A DNA stretch of 64,000 nucleotides from Octopus sinensis (lineage: Eukaryota). The stretch is taken from contig NC_043014.1 in assembly GCF_006345805.1 (NCBI RefSeq), positions 20,708,001-20,772,000 of the forward strand. The letters run 5' to 3'. The stretch's first letter is position 1. The number at the start of each line of letters is the position of its first letter. The position numbers and the translations under genes are program-made. Under the pieces are notes generated by a model that saw only the letters and a list, made by a program, of their open reading frames with translations, did not search any database and was not told the DNA's origin. Below, piece after piece: positions 12,903-26,912 of this stretch.

Positions 12903-13119
12903 TCGATTCGTTCGCTTCGTTCCGTTTCTTATTCTCCCAGTACTGTTTTATATATATATATATATATTATATATATATATATATACATATGCGTATGTAT
13001 ATATATATATGCGTGTATGTATACATGTACACACAAACACATATATATATATTTGTATATATATGTATATATGTACCTATATGTGTATATATATATTCTT
13101 ATGATTGTTGTTGTTATTA

Positions 13120-13174
<55 letters not shown>

Positions 13175-13228
13175 ATAATGATGTTATTTTCCAGCGAAAT
13201 AAAGCACCGAAAAGGTGGAATTATAAAC

Positions 13229-13600
13229 AGGATTAGTGACACAACAAGGTACCAATTTTTGCTGGAAATAGCTGATCTCGGGTCTGTTTATGGCTGGGGC
13301 TATTGGTCGAGTATACAGGCATTGAGGTAGCGGATATTTTAAATTTACACTCTTTGGTAGGCCTAGCTGACGAGGACCAATCAGTTTTACGATAACTAAC
13401 GTATGCTGAAAGTTCGAAACTCGAGTACTAGGTTGTCCATTTCTCTAGCGTTCTTCCTACAGATAAAATGAAATGTTTTTATATTCGCCGCCCGCACACA
13501 CCTTTGCCTCTATACATTCAATCAAGCTCTACCTAGTGTCGAAAGGTTATTGATTGCTATATCCAGCAAAAGTTGGTACCTTCTTGTGCCACTATTTCCT
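13229..13600 (+). mobile_element. HHR-bearing non-coding element with about 44-bp inverted arms (PLE pLTR or retrozyme-like)
   Basis: Arms 13229-13272 and 13556-13600 (about 39/44 matching) enclose an intact HHR. Confidence 0.7.
13362..13432 (+). ncRNA. Type I hammerhead ribozyme, intact core
   Basis: CCUAG-CUGACGA-GGAC..UCAG..CUGA..GUUC-GAAA-CUCGAG-UA-CUAGG: helix I 5 bp or more, helix II, palindromic helix III (ACUCGAGU), GUA site at 13427. Confidence 0.85.
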
Positions 13601-13609
13601 ATCTATATA

Positions 13610-13873
13610 TGTATGTGTGTATGTATGTATATGTATGTATACAGATATCCATGTGCGTGTGTGTGTTTTTGCGTCTGTGTTTCTCTCCCTGTCACCGCTT
13701 GACAACCGCTGTTTGCGTCTCTGTAACTTAGCGGTTCGGAAAAAACCGATAGAATAAGTACCAGGCTTAAAGCGAAACATAAGAAGTGAGCTTGATTCAT
13801 TTAAATAAAAAGATTCAAGGTGGTGCCCCAGCATGGACGCAGCCTAATGACTAAAACAAGTAAAATATAAAAG

Positions 13874-13932
<59 letters not shown>

Positions 13933-14116
13933 GAGTGAGCAGGCAGAATCGTTAGCACGCCGGGCGAATGTTTAGTGGCATTTCGATCATTGCTACGTTC
14001 TGAGTTCAAATACTGGCGAGGTCGACTTGATAAATTACGTATCAGTGAAACACTGGGGTGGATGTAATCGACTAGTCCCCCCAAAAATGTCAGGCCTTGT
14101 TCCTATAGTAGAAAAG

Positions 14117-14172
<56 letters not shown>

Positions 14173-14310
14173 CATACACCGAGGTCGACTTTGCCTTTTA
14201 TCCTTGAGGGTTGATAAAAATAAGTACCAGTTGAAAATTGGGGTCGATGTATATCGATTCATCCCCACCTCCAAATTTGCTGCCCTTATGGCAAAATTTA
14301 AAAACATTAT
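13610..14310 (+). mobile_element. SINE B 3' half (13610-13870), SINE A (13932-14115) and partial SINE A (14175-14310), each followed by (TTA)n
   Basis: Family motifs AACTTAGCGGTTCGG..GATAGAATAAGTAC..GGTGCYCCAGCATGG and GTTCAAAT..GAGGTCGACTT. Confidence 0.8.
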
Positions 14311-14399
14311 TATCATTACTATTATTATTATTGTTATTATTATTATTGTTGTTATTATTATTATTATTATTATTATCATCATCATCATCATCATCATCA

Positions 14400-14435
<36 letters not shown>

Positions 14436-14438
<3 letters not shown>

Positions 14439-17330
14439 GTTTGACTTTTGCTTTGTACAAGTTTGCTCCAAGTATCACCCAGAGACCTCAAAAGGCAACA
14501 AGTTAGAAGTTCATGTTGGTTTTATGCCTAGGGTGCCATATATTTGGTCTTGTACATAGTGTTGTTCTAGAGAATGTTTAAGAAACCATAATAAAATTAT
14601 ATCTTTGTTTTAAAATTTGAGATTACATAGAAAGTATTTTGCGTAAGATATGGGCAGTTCCCATGAGCAGTATCTTCTGAATTTCTGCCATTTTAAAGTT
14701 TCCTGATATCTGAGCTAGGTAGGTTTCAGCCCCTTTTACTATCATTCTTAGGGCATCTATGAAAACAGGTATTGTTTTAGTCTTCAGGTTCCACATTTTG
14801 CTATTTCAAAATTATTATATTTGCTCAGTTTTTAGTAGGTCTTGACAGATACGTTTATATCGATTGGGATAGTCATATCAATGAGGAGGCATGATTTTTG
14901 TCTGAAAGTTCCAGAGGAGTGAGATATGACCATTTTCAAGCACTGGAGGTGGTTTGTATTCTCACCAGTTTTTATCATGGGGCAAGTCCAGGTTTTTGAA
15001 AATTATCCAGTGAATATATTGTGCAGCTCTATCATGCCTGTTGAGATACTCTGTAGGCGCAAGAAGACTGTACTTGGAGACAACATGATCAATGGTTTCA
15101 TTTTGTTGTTGACATACACGACATGTTGGGCTACTGCCGTTCTTTAATATGTCGGCCTGGTAGTTCCTTGTAGGTAGGCATTGATCTTGGGCTTCAATGA
15201 TAAACCCTTCTGTTTCAGATTTTAAACCAGAGGCCATTGGTGGGTAAGGACTTTGTCAACATCGGCATTATTCGCTCTCTTTGGGTATTTCCATTGAGAG
15301 GTTTTTCTTGCCATTTATCACTAAGAATATCTAAGGCAGCAGTTTTAGCACGGATTTTCATGCGTTTAGCTTTTTCTGCGCTTGTTTCTCGTATGTCTAA
15401 TTTCGGAATTTGTTGTATTTGGAATTCACTTAGATATTCCTTTGCCTGTTTTGTTACTGAGTATGATGCTTTCTTGCTTTCATGTTTTGAGACAAGTTTT
15501 AACGTCCAGTCCTCGGAGTTTTTCAGGTGGGTGTGTAGGCCAATAGTGGTAATCTTCATTGTTAATGCCAGTTGTAAAAGTCCACGGCCTCCCTCTTTTC
15601 TTGGCAAATAAAGTCGTTCTATATCTGCTTTAGGGTGGTGCATTCTATGTATTGTCAACAGTTTTCGTATTTTTCTGTCAAGATTGCATATTTCAGTAAT
15701 TGACCACTTAATGATATTGAAACTGTAAGTCACAACTGATATGGCTAAAGTATTGATCGCTTCGATCCTGTTTCTTGCATTCAGCTCTGTCTTGAGTATT
15801 GCTCTCACCCTGCGATAACACTCTCTCCTGATCCTTTCCCTAATCACTGCACGTTTGAATGCGTCCCCTTCCTTTAACCCTAGATATTTGTAGCTCTCCG
15901 TTAGGTCTAACTCTTTTATGACATTCTGCTGGTCAAGGTTAATGTTAGATGTTTCTGCCATTTTTCCTTTGATAAAGGTAGCTTTTGCACATTTATCGAT
16001 GCCAAATTGCATTCTGGTGTCATTACTGAATTGTTTGACAATCGCTAGTAAGTCCTTGAGTCGTTGGTCATTTCTTGCAAAGAGCTTTAAATCATCCATG
16101 TAAGTGAGATGATTTATATTTCTATCAAACATTTTATAACTGTACTGTGCGTCATTGAGCAATTTTGAGAGAGGTATTAAGGCTAAACAAAGGAGGAGTG
16201 GTGATAGTGGGTCACCCTGGAAAATACCACATGAAATTTTCATATCTCCAGCATTTAGAGATTCATTTTCACTGTTCAAAGTCAGTGTGGTTCTCCATGA
16301 TCTCATACTTACAGACAAAAAGTTTCGCAGAGTAGGCGCTATTTTATACATTTCCAGACATTTCTTAATCCATCTATGTGGTAGGCTATCAAAAGCTTTT
16401 TTATAGTCTATCCAGGCTATTGACAAGTTTTTGTGTCGTTTGTGACAATCTTCTAAGATCATCTTATTGTTGAGTAGCTGATCTTTACAACCATAGGATC
16501 CACGTTTACATCATTTTCGTTCATTAGGGAATATGCTGCTTTCTATTAAAAAAAACTATAGGTATATTCAGTCAGGACAGGTGTTAGCGTTTTATACATT
16601 GTTGTTAAGCAGGTTATGGGTCTATAATTTTTTGGTTCATTTGTTTCTTTATTTTTTGGAAGCAGGATTGTTAAACCATTAACTAGCCAATGAGGCACCA
16701 AACTAGGGTGTTGCAAAACATCGTTGTAAAGTTCTGTTAGTAGTTCATGGCACTCTGGGAAGGCATTCAACCAGAAGTCAGGAATTTTATCCTTTCCTGG
16801 AGACTTCCATTTGCTTGACCTCCTGAGAGCAGATCTTCTACCTTGACATCCTCCCACTTTTGCTCCTCTAAGGAGTCTAAGTCTGTAGATATTCTATCAA
16901 TCCAAGGAGCCTTTTCATTGTGTTTTTTCTTCTGCCCAAATTTTATTCCAAAATCCCTGCACTTCTTCTTTTGATGGGACAGACTTTACTGTAACTGGTG
17001 TTTTCCCTATCTTCCTGTAAAGATTTTCGGGGTTATTTTTGAACATGTTGTTGTCCTTGAAAAATTTAATGCGCTTTTCATACCTTGCTATGCGGGCAGC
17101 TTTTGCACACACCTTTTGCTTGATGGTTTCTATGGTGGCATCAATGTCATGTATGGTTTTCATATTATATTTTTTCTTTAATTTTCCGGTTTTTGTAGAT
17201 TTAGTAGTCTTGCAAAACTTAAGGTTTTTCGAACATTCGATGTCAGACCTAAATAGCTTAATTTGGTGTTGGATACGCTCTTGCCAAGAAGGCTTTTTAT
17301 GGGAAGGCGTTATATCGAAAGATTGCTGTG
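14436..17330 (-). mobile_element. R4/Dong-clade LINE, near-complete ORF relic with 3' UTR
   Basis: KAARIARYEKR, KSPGKDKIPDFWL, NYRPITCLTTMYK, AWIDYKKAFDSLPH, GIFQGDPLSPLL, YMDDLKLFA, GGRGL, LKSETEGFIIEAQDQ, CRVC..ETIDHVVS..RHD; (TTA)n at 14325-14435 and 17590-17662. Confidence 0.92.
15215..16462 (-). pseudogene. Reverse transcriptase core of the Dong/R4 element (415-aa open stretch)
   Basis: ORF track: RT motifs DYKKAFDS, QGDPLSP, YMDD, YKYLG. Confidence 0.9.
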
Positions 17331-17598
17331 TGTCCTGTAAATTTCACGTAGTTGTGTAAACATTGAGATGTATGTGTAGTCCTATGGGTATCAAAATGTA
17401 TATATGATGGTGTAGACATTCGAGTGTATGCGTAATTACCTAATTTATGTACTTACTATTTTGTTCCATTTCTATTTTATAATTTGTAAACTTTCCGGTG
17501 TTGATATCGCGTGTTTCGCACATGCTTCATTGAGACACCGTGCGTAGGAGAAACTGTGCTTTGTATGGCAGTAAAATTTCTTTTTTGATTATTATTAA

Positions 17599-17667
<69 letters not shown>

Positions 17668-18370
17668 GTTGTTGTTCTTGTTTCGGTTTGACACTGTTGT
17701 TTGTGCTACACATCTGTTATTTCTAACTTTCCTTTTGATATTATACCGACCGACATGATTGAATACGATACAACAAATAATTCAATGTCAACACGTTACC
17801 CTGTTCCAAACATTCCATTTCATCTTCTCTCTCTCACTTATTAACTGTTCTACTTTACCTGTTTACCCCTTTGTCTCTCCCCCCACGACCACCTTGCATT
17901 AAAGCACACTTTCAACTAACCGCAACAGGCCCTCATGACAAAACTTAGGATCACAGCTGGGTCACATTAGAAGAGCCACCTGCTGAGTCAGCAGTTTTAT
18001 ATACATATTTTCCGCTTAATAGACGTGCGTGTCTTACGTCTGCATTCGTCAGAAGCAGTTTGTCTCTGTGTGTTGTTGCGCGTGTATGCATGCGACCATC
18101 TATGCGTTTGTGTAAGAGAGAGGGAGTGAGAGAGGGGGAGAGAGAGAAAAAGAATCTATGTGTACGTTTGTGTTATAAGATGTCCATGGGGGTTGTAAGG
18201 AAAAACAGGTTTAGCCACGACATTGGCAAATATTGAAAATCTTTCCATTGATAAAAGGACTGCACTCGAGGCTTTATAAGACATATATGCTTACATAAAT
18301 GCTTGCATACATAAATGCATACATACATACATGCATACATGCATATATACATACATATGTATATATATAT

Positions 18371-18427
<57 letters not shown>

Positions 18428-18484
18428 GTATGTACGCATATATATGTATGTGCGCACGTATGTGTGTATATGTATATATATCAT

Positions 18485-18663
18485 AGGCGCTGGATTGGCG
18501 GTATAGTAACAAGCTTGCTTCCAAAGCACATGGTTCCTGTTCAGTCCCACTGCGTAGCACCTTGAGTAAGTGTCTTCTACTATAGCCTCGAGCCGACCAA
18601 AACCTTGTGAGTGAATTTGGTAGACGGAAACTGAAAGAACCCGTCGTATATGTGTGTGTGTCT

Positions 18664-18735
<72 letters not shown>

Positions 18736-18945
18736 CTTGTATGTGCGTGTTTGTATCCCACCATCACTTGACAACCGAGGTTCGTGTGTTTGCGTCCCCG
18801 TCGATTTGCGGTTCGGCAAAAGTCAGCGATAGAATAAGTACTAGGCTTGCAAACAATAAGTCCTGGGGTAGATTTATTCGACTAAAGGTGGTGCTCCAGC
18901 ATGGCTGCAGTCAAATGACCGAAACAAATAAAAGAATAAAAGAAT
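18485..18945 (+). mobile_element. tRNA-derived SINE family B with internal (TG)n
   Basis: AGGCGC..TGG..GGTTCAGTCCCACTGCGT..CCTTG.GYAAGTGTCTTCTACTATAGCCTCG head and conserved 3' body. Confidence 0.85.
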
Positions 18946-18998
18946 ATATATATGAATATACATATGCATACATATATATATACATATATATATATAAA

Positions 18999-19086
<88 letters not shown>

Positions 19087-19228
19087 AAATGGAAAGATGA
19101 ATTTTCTTGTTACAGATTATTCAAAAGTTTAACCGATACCTGGGTAGCAAAAATCACAGCAAAAAAACACAGTTGGAGATAAGACCATTTGGTGTTGCAA
19201 CCGTGCGTTGGTGCGGATAATTGAAGTT

Positions 19229-19401
19229 TAATATAATTAGTGAATGGAAGAAATGGAGTTGAACGAAGATTGTACAGAAACATGTGTAGAATGTAATGTG
19301 TAGAAACATGTGTAGAATGTAATGTGTAGAAACATGTGTAGAATGTAATAAAAGGAATTCTGTACAATCTTCGTTCAACTCCATTTCTTCCATTCACTAA
19401 T

Positions 19402-19408
<7 letters not shown>
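19229..19408. repeat. Perfect 51-bp inverted repeat enclosing a 26-bp tandem repeat
   Basis: Arms 19229-19279 and 19358-19408; spacer ACATGTGTAGAATGTAATGTGTAGAA about x2.7; abuts (TA)n. Confidence 0.9.
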
Positions 19409-19457
<49 letters not shown>

Positions 19458-20102
19458 CCCTGCAGGACTTCTATACACACTGTCTTTTACTACCCGCCAT
19501 TGCTTCTTCACCAAACTTTTTTGGCGCCCTCCGATTCTTCCCCTCTCTTCCTCCCATCCTCCTTAATCCCTTCTTTCTCCTTCTCTCTTGGTCACTGATT
19601 CTGTCCCCTGCCTTCCACCCTCTTTGATTCCCTCTCTCTCTGTCTCTCTTTCTCTCTCTCCTGCGACCTGCTGCTTCTTCAACCATTCTGTTGGCCTTCG
19701 TATCTCGACCAACATGTGTCCCCGCTACCGAAACGGTAATTATTTCTACGCCAGCTGCTATGTTGTTGTTGTTTTGTCTCATTTGGTCTAAAGTCGTATG
19801 ACAACCACCGTTATATATATTTTGTTTTTTCATTACTGTTTTCAATTTCGTTTTCGTCTCTTGTATTCACATCCGTCTTGTGCGTTCACATTCCTGTCTT
19901 CTACCAAGAAATCTAATGCTTACAGCTTAGTTTTTTTTCTTGGGGCTGGCCGAGCTGGAGCAAATATCAGAATTGAACAGCCGAAATTTGCTATGATGAT
20001 TCGGTGTCTGACTGAAGATTGAAGGCTTCGAATGATTTGTCTGTGTTCCGTGTTCGTCCCTTCCTGTATTTCACGTTCATTATATATAAAAACATTCATT
20101 CA

Positions 20103-20135
<33 letters not shown>

Positions 20136-20992
20136 GTGTATGTATATGTATATATATATATACACACATACATATATATATAGACATTCATATACATATA
20201 CATACATACATACATACATACATACATACATACATACATTCCTTGTCTGATAATCTTAAATACAAGTCCAAAAACGTCGCATGACTCTACCGCGAAGTAT
20301 CATCAGATGAAAGGACGAGCATATACGAGCAGAAGATTATGTTAGTAGAAAGCTCCGAGGAAATAGTAAAGTTGATCATCAAAGCAGTCTATCATGGACC
20401 AATACCCACTTTGAAGGGTAAACGTTTGCAATCCAGAAACAGGAAATATCAACCAAATACCTGATACACAAAAGGGATAGAGTTGCATGAAAAGCAGTAA
20501 AATGTGACAACCGATGTAGACTTTGTGTGGCTAATAGCGAAAATATCGCCCACATCAAAAACAGTTTTCCGAAAATATCATCACGTATTATCTGCCAATG
20601 AGACATGATATTCGTGCTATGACACACTATAATGAAATCCGTCGAAAGGATAATCCCTAGGACAAAGAAATAAGAACCCACAGTATGGTAGAAGCCATAG
20701 CCACTCATAATAAAAAGGAGTACTGATGAAATGTACCAGTGAAAACCTCAATAAAATGTAAGCACAAGACCTGATATAATTATTTGGGATAGAGAAGAGA
20801 AACTGTGTACAGTTGTGGAAATTAGCTGCCCACCGGATGCTAACATAAAGCTGAAGATCATTGCAAAAGAGAATACCTACGCTGAACTATTGAGAAATCT
20901 GCAGTTACTCTATCTAGGTTGCACATTCAGGTTTGTACCTGAAATATTGGGGCCCTGGGATATGTAACGCACTACCTAAATGTATATAGGTA

Positions 20993-21052
<60 letters not shown>

Positions 21053-21311
21053 TGTATGTATGTATGTGTAAATTTAAAATAATAAGGGTGAAAAATTGAA
21101 TATTACTTTGATTAAAATCAATTTAAAATCAGTGGTCTAGCATATTAGATGAATATGTATGTATATGTATATATATATATACATACATATATACAAACGT
21201 GCGTGTACATATATGCATGTATGCATGTATGTATATACATACGTACGAATGTGTGTGAGCGCACGCGCGCGCGCGTGTATATATATATATATACCCATAT
21301 ATGTTTATACC

Positions 21312-21366
<55 letters not shown>

Positions 21367-21845
21367 GCATGCACTCGCCCACTCACATAGATTCGTAGTC
21401 CTACTACTTGAACCTGTACACTAAAGTATGTGAACATATCACTGGAAGCATCTGGAAGTCAAACTGAAAAGTGCACATGCTACAACTGCAGTTCTGAATG
21501 CCAAAACGAAAAGAAAATGCATTAGTTATATTTTCACAGATGACATGAATTGTATTGTTCTGGGTAATATTTCAAACTAAATTTACGACTGTTTGTTTCT
21601 TGCCCCACTCTTTTTTTTTTTTACATTACTAATGAACAATGGACGATAATGATCCCGTCTTCTCTTTCTATAATGTTGACAATCTAATTTAATTCAACGC
21701 AGTGTTTAATCGACCCTAGGCTCCTGACTATGTCTCACTGATTAGACGAAGTACATCAAAATAGCAGTTATTTACGAATGTTAAGGATTGTATGAGTAAA
21801 ACAAAAATTAAAAGAAATTTTTCAATCAAATAAAGAATTTATAGG

Positions 21846-22160
21846 AGCAGGCGTGTCTGTGTGGTAAGAAACTTGCTTCCCAACCACGTGACTCTGGATT
21901 TAGTCCCACTGCGTGGCACCTTGATCATGTGTTTTCTACTTATAACCTCGGGCCGACCAAAGCCGACAAGTAATTTCGAGGGAAGGGGTTAAACCGATTA
22001 CATCGGCTCCAGTGCATGACTGGTACTTATTTTATCGACCCCGAAAAGATGAAAGACAAAGACGACTTTGGCGAAATTTGAACATTGAACATAAAGGCGG
22101 ACAAGGTGCCAGTAAACATTTTGCCCGGCGTGCTAACGATTCCGCCAGCTAGCCGCCTTA
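21846..22160. mobile_element. SINE B 5' half (plus) joined to SINE A (minus)
   Basis: Family motifs on opposite strands, junction near 21965. Confidence 0.8.
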
Positions 22161-22759
22161 AATGTGTTAATATATTAAACGTAATTTAAAAACAAATAAC
22201 ATTTATCAATTAAGTCAAGGTACACAAACGTCTATAGCGGGAACGTGCATATAAACACTATGTATAAACATATACACCCTCCGCCTTCATCTGCAGATGA
22301 GAGATGGATTTATATAAAAACACTACTGGATTCTGTATATACTTGTAGTATCACATATTGCAAAACATACCAGAATAAGCCGGACATTATCAAATGTCTT
22401 TTGTATATCTAAAAAAAACCTATGGGTAAGTAGCTTGCTTTCCAATCGTGTAGTCTTGCGTTCAATCCTGCTCTCTTATACTCTGGGCAAGTGTTTTCTG
22501 TTAAAGTTCCGAGCCGACCGAAGGCGTACAAACAGGCGTACAAAATTTATCTCTTGAACTCCTTCTACCTAAAATCTTTTTAATCGAAATAACATGAGAT
22601 CGCTGAACTACATGTATTTCTTTTCCTTTCACTTTCCTTTTCATATTTCCATTTCGTTTTCATTTACTGTTTTCTAATAGCTTTTCTAAGTAGTATTGCT
22701 CGTCTAATTCATTTAAATAATACAGTTACTGGGGCTTCTGTTTGAACAGAAATTAATAC

Positions 22760-23400
22760 ATATCTACAGAGAAAGATTATAGACATCAGGATTTTGAAGC
22801 TTCACTGAGACAAGTGGAGAAGTTTAAGTATCTTGGGCCGTAATCACAAGTGATGGAAAGCGTGAGGCTGAAATAGATGCTAGAATTTCTGGTGCTTGCC
22901 AGCTTCAATATTCGATCCTGAAAGGAAGTGAACTTGATAAAAAATCTAAACTCATCTTCAATTGGTTTTCGTATCTATCTTACCTGTGGTCATGAATGTT
23001 AGGCAATGACCGAAAGAATACAATCCCAAATCAAGCGGCCGAAATGGGGGTTCCTCCGAAAGGTCTCTGGAGTATCATTACCCGAAAGGGTGTGTAGCTC
23101 GAATGTCGGAAGGTCTCTTGATCTCGAGCCGCTACTTCCTTGCATTGAAAAGTCACTACACCGGTACTACGGACATGTGATAAGGATCTCGCTGGAAAGA
23201 ATTGCAAGACAGTCTCTTCGATCTGAGCCAAGAGACTTAGGAGCAAACCAAGAAGGAAATGGATGAATAGTCTCAGTTGGGAAGTCAGCCGGAAAAATCT
23301 AATGACAGTTGTTCCTAATAAGACCCTATGTAGGAGGTACCTGAGATCTCTATCCCCACCACCCGACAGGAATAGTGGACGGAGAAGATAAATGGTGGGG
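22760..23400 (+). mobile_element. RTE-clade LINE 3' fragment
   Basis: QVEKFKYLG..TSDGKREAEIDARI, TCGHEC, FLRKVSGVSL..RYYGHVIRI. Confidence 0.8.
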
Positions 23401-25097
23401 TGGATAATAGCGGAAACTGAAAATCAATCTTGAACATAAATTTCCTCCACATTTCCTTTATATTTCTGTAATATAGTTTGCATCTTTCTTGTCCCTTCAA
23501 GAAGTACTGCGTGCATAATGAGCAATTAAATCAATCACCTTTCTTCGATTTTTACTATTTTCAGCTGGTAGCTCGTAGTCTTAGCATGCATATATATACA
23601 CCTCATCACGAACAAATTAACACTTTCCATTCGCATATGAATGCATTTATCTGCATGTGCATATGTGTGTCAGCGCGCGCTCACATACACACACACGCAC
23701 ACACATACACACACGCACACATACACACACGTGCACATACACACACTCAAACATGCACGTGTACACAGACACACAAATACGCTATATGATTGTGAAAATA
23801 AAGTTAATTTCGGCTCTTAACATCATGAGCCGGAATAAATGCTGCGAAATATTTTGTCCGACGCACTAACGATTCTGCCAGTTCACTGCCTTTAATAGAA
23901 ATAATCAAATAAACGAGAGATGTCGTTTTCTTCACGAATATATTTTTTATGAATAAGCAGTATATACACCACATGCATCGTTTCTTGTAAAGCAAAAACC
24001 TATATACAAATGAATGTAAATCGATAAGTATTTTATCGCTATTTCAAAGGGATTGATTGATAAGTTAAAATATGTAAATTAACAGGGTCATATATTTTAG
24101 GCTTATACCGTAACATCTTCCCGTCTATGGACTTTGGTTAGTCAGGGATGATAGACTTACTTCCAGTAACATAATCACTCTTCAATTAGATAAAACGACA
24201 AAATTAGTTTGTTAAAAGTTGAACATTAAAAGTAAATCAGTTCAAATATAAATTTTCAAACCTTTTTTAAATCGGAAATATATACACTCTCCTTATGAAA
24301 AGATAAATGAAAGAATACAACATATTAACAAACATTAATGTCATAAATCCATCATTTCAGAAAAATTCATTGGCAAATTTTCAGAATAATTTTCCGATAA
24401 AGATTCGTAAAACTTCGATGCACTTTATTACAACGACATCTGAAATGACAACAGGTTTAATGTTATATAATATACCAAATAATTCAAATCTCTCTGTACA
24501 AGAAAACAGAAAGACCAATGGGGAAAATCTCTTCTCCCTTTATGCATAATATTTTTACTAACAGAGCTAGAACTTTCTTAAGTCCATAAACATGTAAATC
24601 ACTAAATCTCAAATCACAAAAGCCTTAAAAGCTACCTGGAACTGTGGCATTATTTTGCTGCCAGCATAACTAAAATGCTAAAATGCGTAGTATGACACTT
24701 TTTCAATGTAAGCATCCAAGCCAAACTTCCAAATACTCTTCTATGTTGCAAATGCATCGTTTCGACTCTTAGTATTCTTAATTGTATATGCTGTGATAAG
24801 GTTTTAGTAGACAGCGTGGTTTCCATATCGCGAACACCATTGAGGTGAAATCTTACATAAGGTTTACAATGCATTCATTGAAGAAACGGTTAATTCGACA
24901 CGAATATACTATCAGGAATTCAAACAGAAGGCATACTGCATCCTTACTAAATATGTTAATGAAATGTCTTGAAATGATTTTACGATGGCCTGTATTTAAA
25001 TTTTATCTATTTTAAATTTGGTTTTTCCTCTTTCTCTCTCTCTCTCTCTCTTTCTCTCTCTTGTTCTTTCTTTCTTGCGTTCTCTCTTTCTCTTGCT

Positions 25098-25132
<35 letters not shown>

Positions 25133-26101
25133 TCTCTCTCGCTTTCTCTCTTTCCTACGGACGTGCATGCACTCACACAAACATATATGCACACATGTAT
25201 GTGTGTGTACGTGTGTATGTTTGTGTGTGAGTGTGCGTGTGTGTGTGTGCGTGTGTGTGTGTGCGTGTGTGCGTGGACGTGTATGTGTGTATCTAACCAG
25301 CAATAATATGCATTTTTTAACGCTCGCATAGCAATTGAGTTGTAATTTTACAACATTTGGTTCCATATAATTAAAAATTTATTATCCTCTGTTGTTTTAT
25401 TAGCCAAGTGTTGTACTAAAATAAAGTTTTTATTCATTTAACAGAAACCGTAGGCGCAGGAGTGGCTGTGTGGTAAGTAGCTTACTTACCAACCACATGG
25501 TTCCGGGTTTAGTCCCACTGTGTGGCACCTTGGGCAAGTGTCTTCTACTATATCCTCAGGTCCACCAAAGCCTTGTGAGTGGATTTGGTAGACGGAAACT
25601 GAAAGAAGCCTGTCGTATATATGTATGTATATGTATATATATATATATATATACCAATTAAATTATTTTATTTCGTATATTTTTCACTTGTTTATTGCTA
25701 TGGTTTTGTGTTGAGTTTGATCTGAGAACATAATCTTTTTGTGGTGAATGGCGATTTGACGTCTATATCTAGCATGTTGACTGTCCACTTTTCGTGTTCA
25801 GTCCTTAATTGGTATATATAAATATTTTAATCTTCGGATTCTTTTTTAATATGCTAGACCACTGGTCTTAATTGATAAATATCAATTTCTACCCTTAATT
25901 AATTTTATATAAATAAATATGTTCTCTAACCGATAAATTAACTGCTGCTAATTATTAGCTGCAGGCTAGTTTTCTCGGGTTCCAACGCGCCAAAGTAAAG
26001 GCATTTGAAAGATATATTCTAATGTAATAGGCTGAACTCCATGCACGCGATATTTCGGTATCGTGTCTGCATCTAGTCCAACAAATTACATTTATAACGG
26101 A

Positions 26102-26166
26102 CCATGCTGATGATGGCTGCAGTTTTCCTTGCGGAAAATAACAGCTGAAACTAATTTAGTACATGG
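26102..26166 (+). ncRNA. Type I hammerhead ribozyme, copy 1
   Basis: CCAUG-CUGAUGA-U-GGCUG..UUUUCC(UUGC)GGAAAA..CAGCU-GAAA-CUA(AUU)UAG-UA-CAUGG; GUA site at 26161; extra U after A9. Confidence 0.85.
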
Positions 26167-26608
26167 GTAATTATTTTATTTCGTATATTTTTCACTTGTT
26201 TATTGCTATGGTTTTGTGTTGAGTTTGATCTGAGAACATAATCTTTTGTGGTGAATGGCGATTTGACGTCTATATCTAGCATGTTGACTGTCCACTTTTC
26301 GTGTTCAGTCCTTAATTGGTATATATAAATATTTTAATCTTCGGATTCTTTTTTAATATGCTAGACCACTGGTCTTAATTGATAAATATCAATTTCTACC
26401 CTTAATTAATTTTATATAAATAAATATGTTCTCTAACCGATAAATTAACTGCTGCTAATTATTAGCTGCAGGCTAGTTTTCTCGGGTTCCAACGCGCCAA
26501 AGTAAAGGCATTTGAAAGATATATTCTAATGTAATAGGCTGAACTCCATGCACGCGATATTTCGGTATCGTGTTTGCATCTAGTCCAACAAATTACATTT
26601 ATAACGGA

Positions 26609-26673
26609 CCATGCTGATGATGGCTGCAGTTTTCCTTGCGGAAAATAACAGCTGAAACTAATTTAGTACATGG
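26609..26673 (+). ncRNA. Type I hammerhead ribozyme, copy 2
   Basis: Identical to copy 1; GUA site at 26668. Confidence 0.85.
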
Positions 26674-26912
26674 GTAATTATTTTATTTCGTATATTTTTC
26701 ACTTGTTTATTGGTATGGTTTTGTGTTGAGTTTGATCTGAGAACATAATCTTTTTGTGGTGAATGGCGATTTGACGTCTATATCTAGCATGTTGACTGTC
26801 CACTTTTCGTGTTCAGTCCTTAATTGGTATATATAAATATTTTAATCTTCGGATTCTTTTTTAATATGCTAGACCACTGGTCTTAATTGATAAATATCAA
26901 TTTCTACCCTTA

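Noticed and set aside
18002-18055. Minus-strand CUGACGA..AGACGU/ACGUCU..GAAA..GUA hammerhead-like string
   Set aside because: Core and helix II are present but there is no helix I and helix III is mismatched; at most a relic
20270-20745. CUGAUGA motifs at about 20300 (minus) and 20722 (plus)
   Set aside because: No consistent three-helix junction
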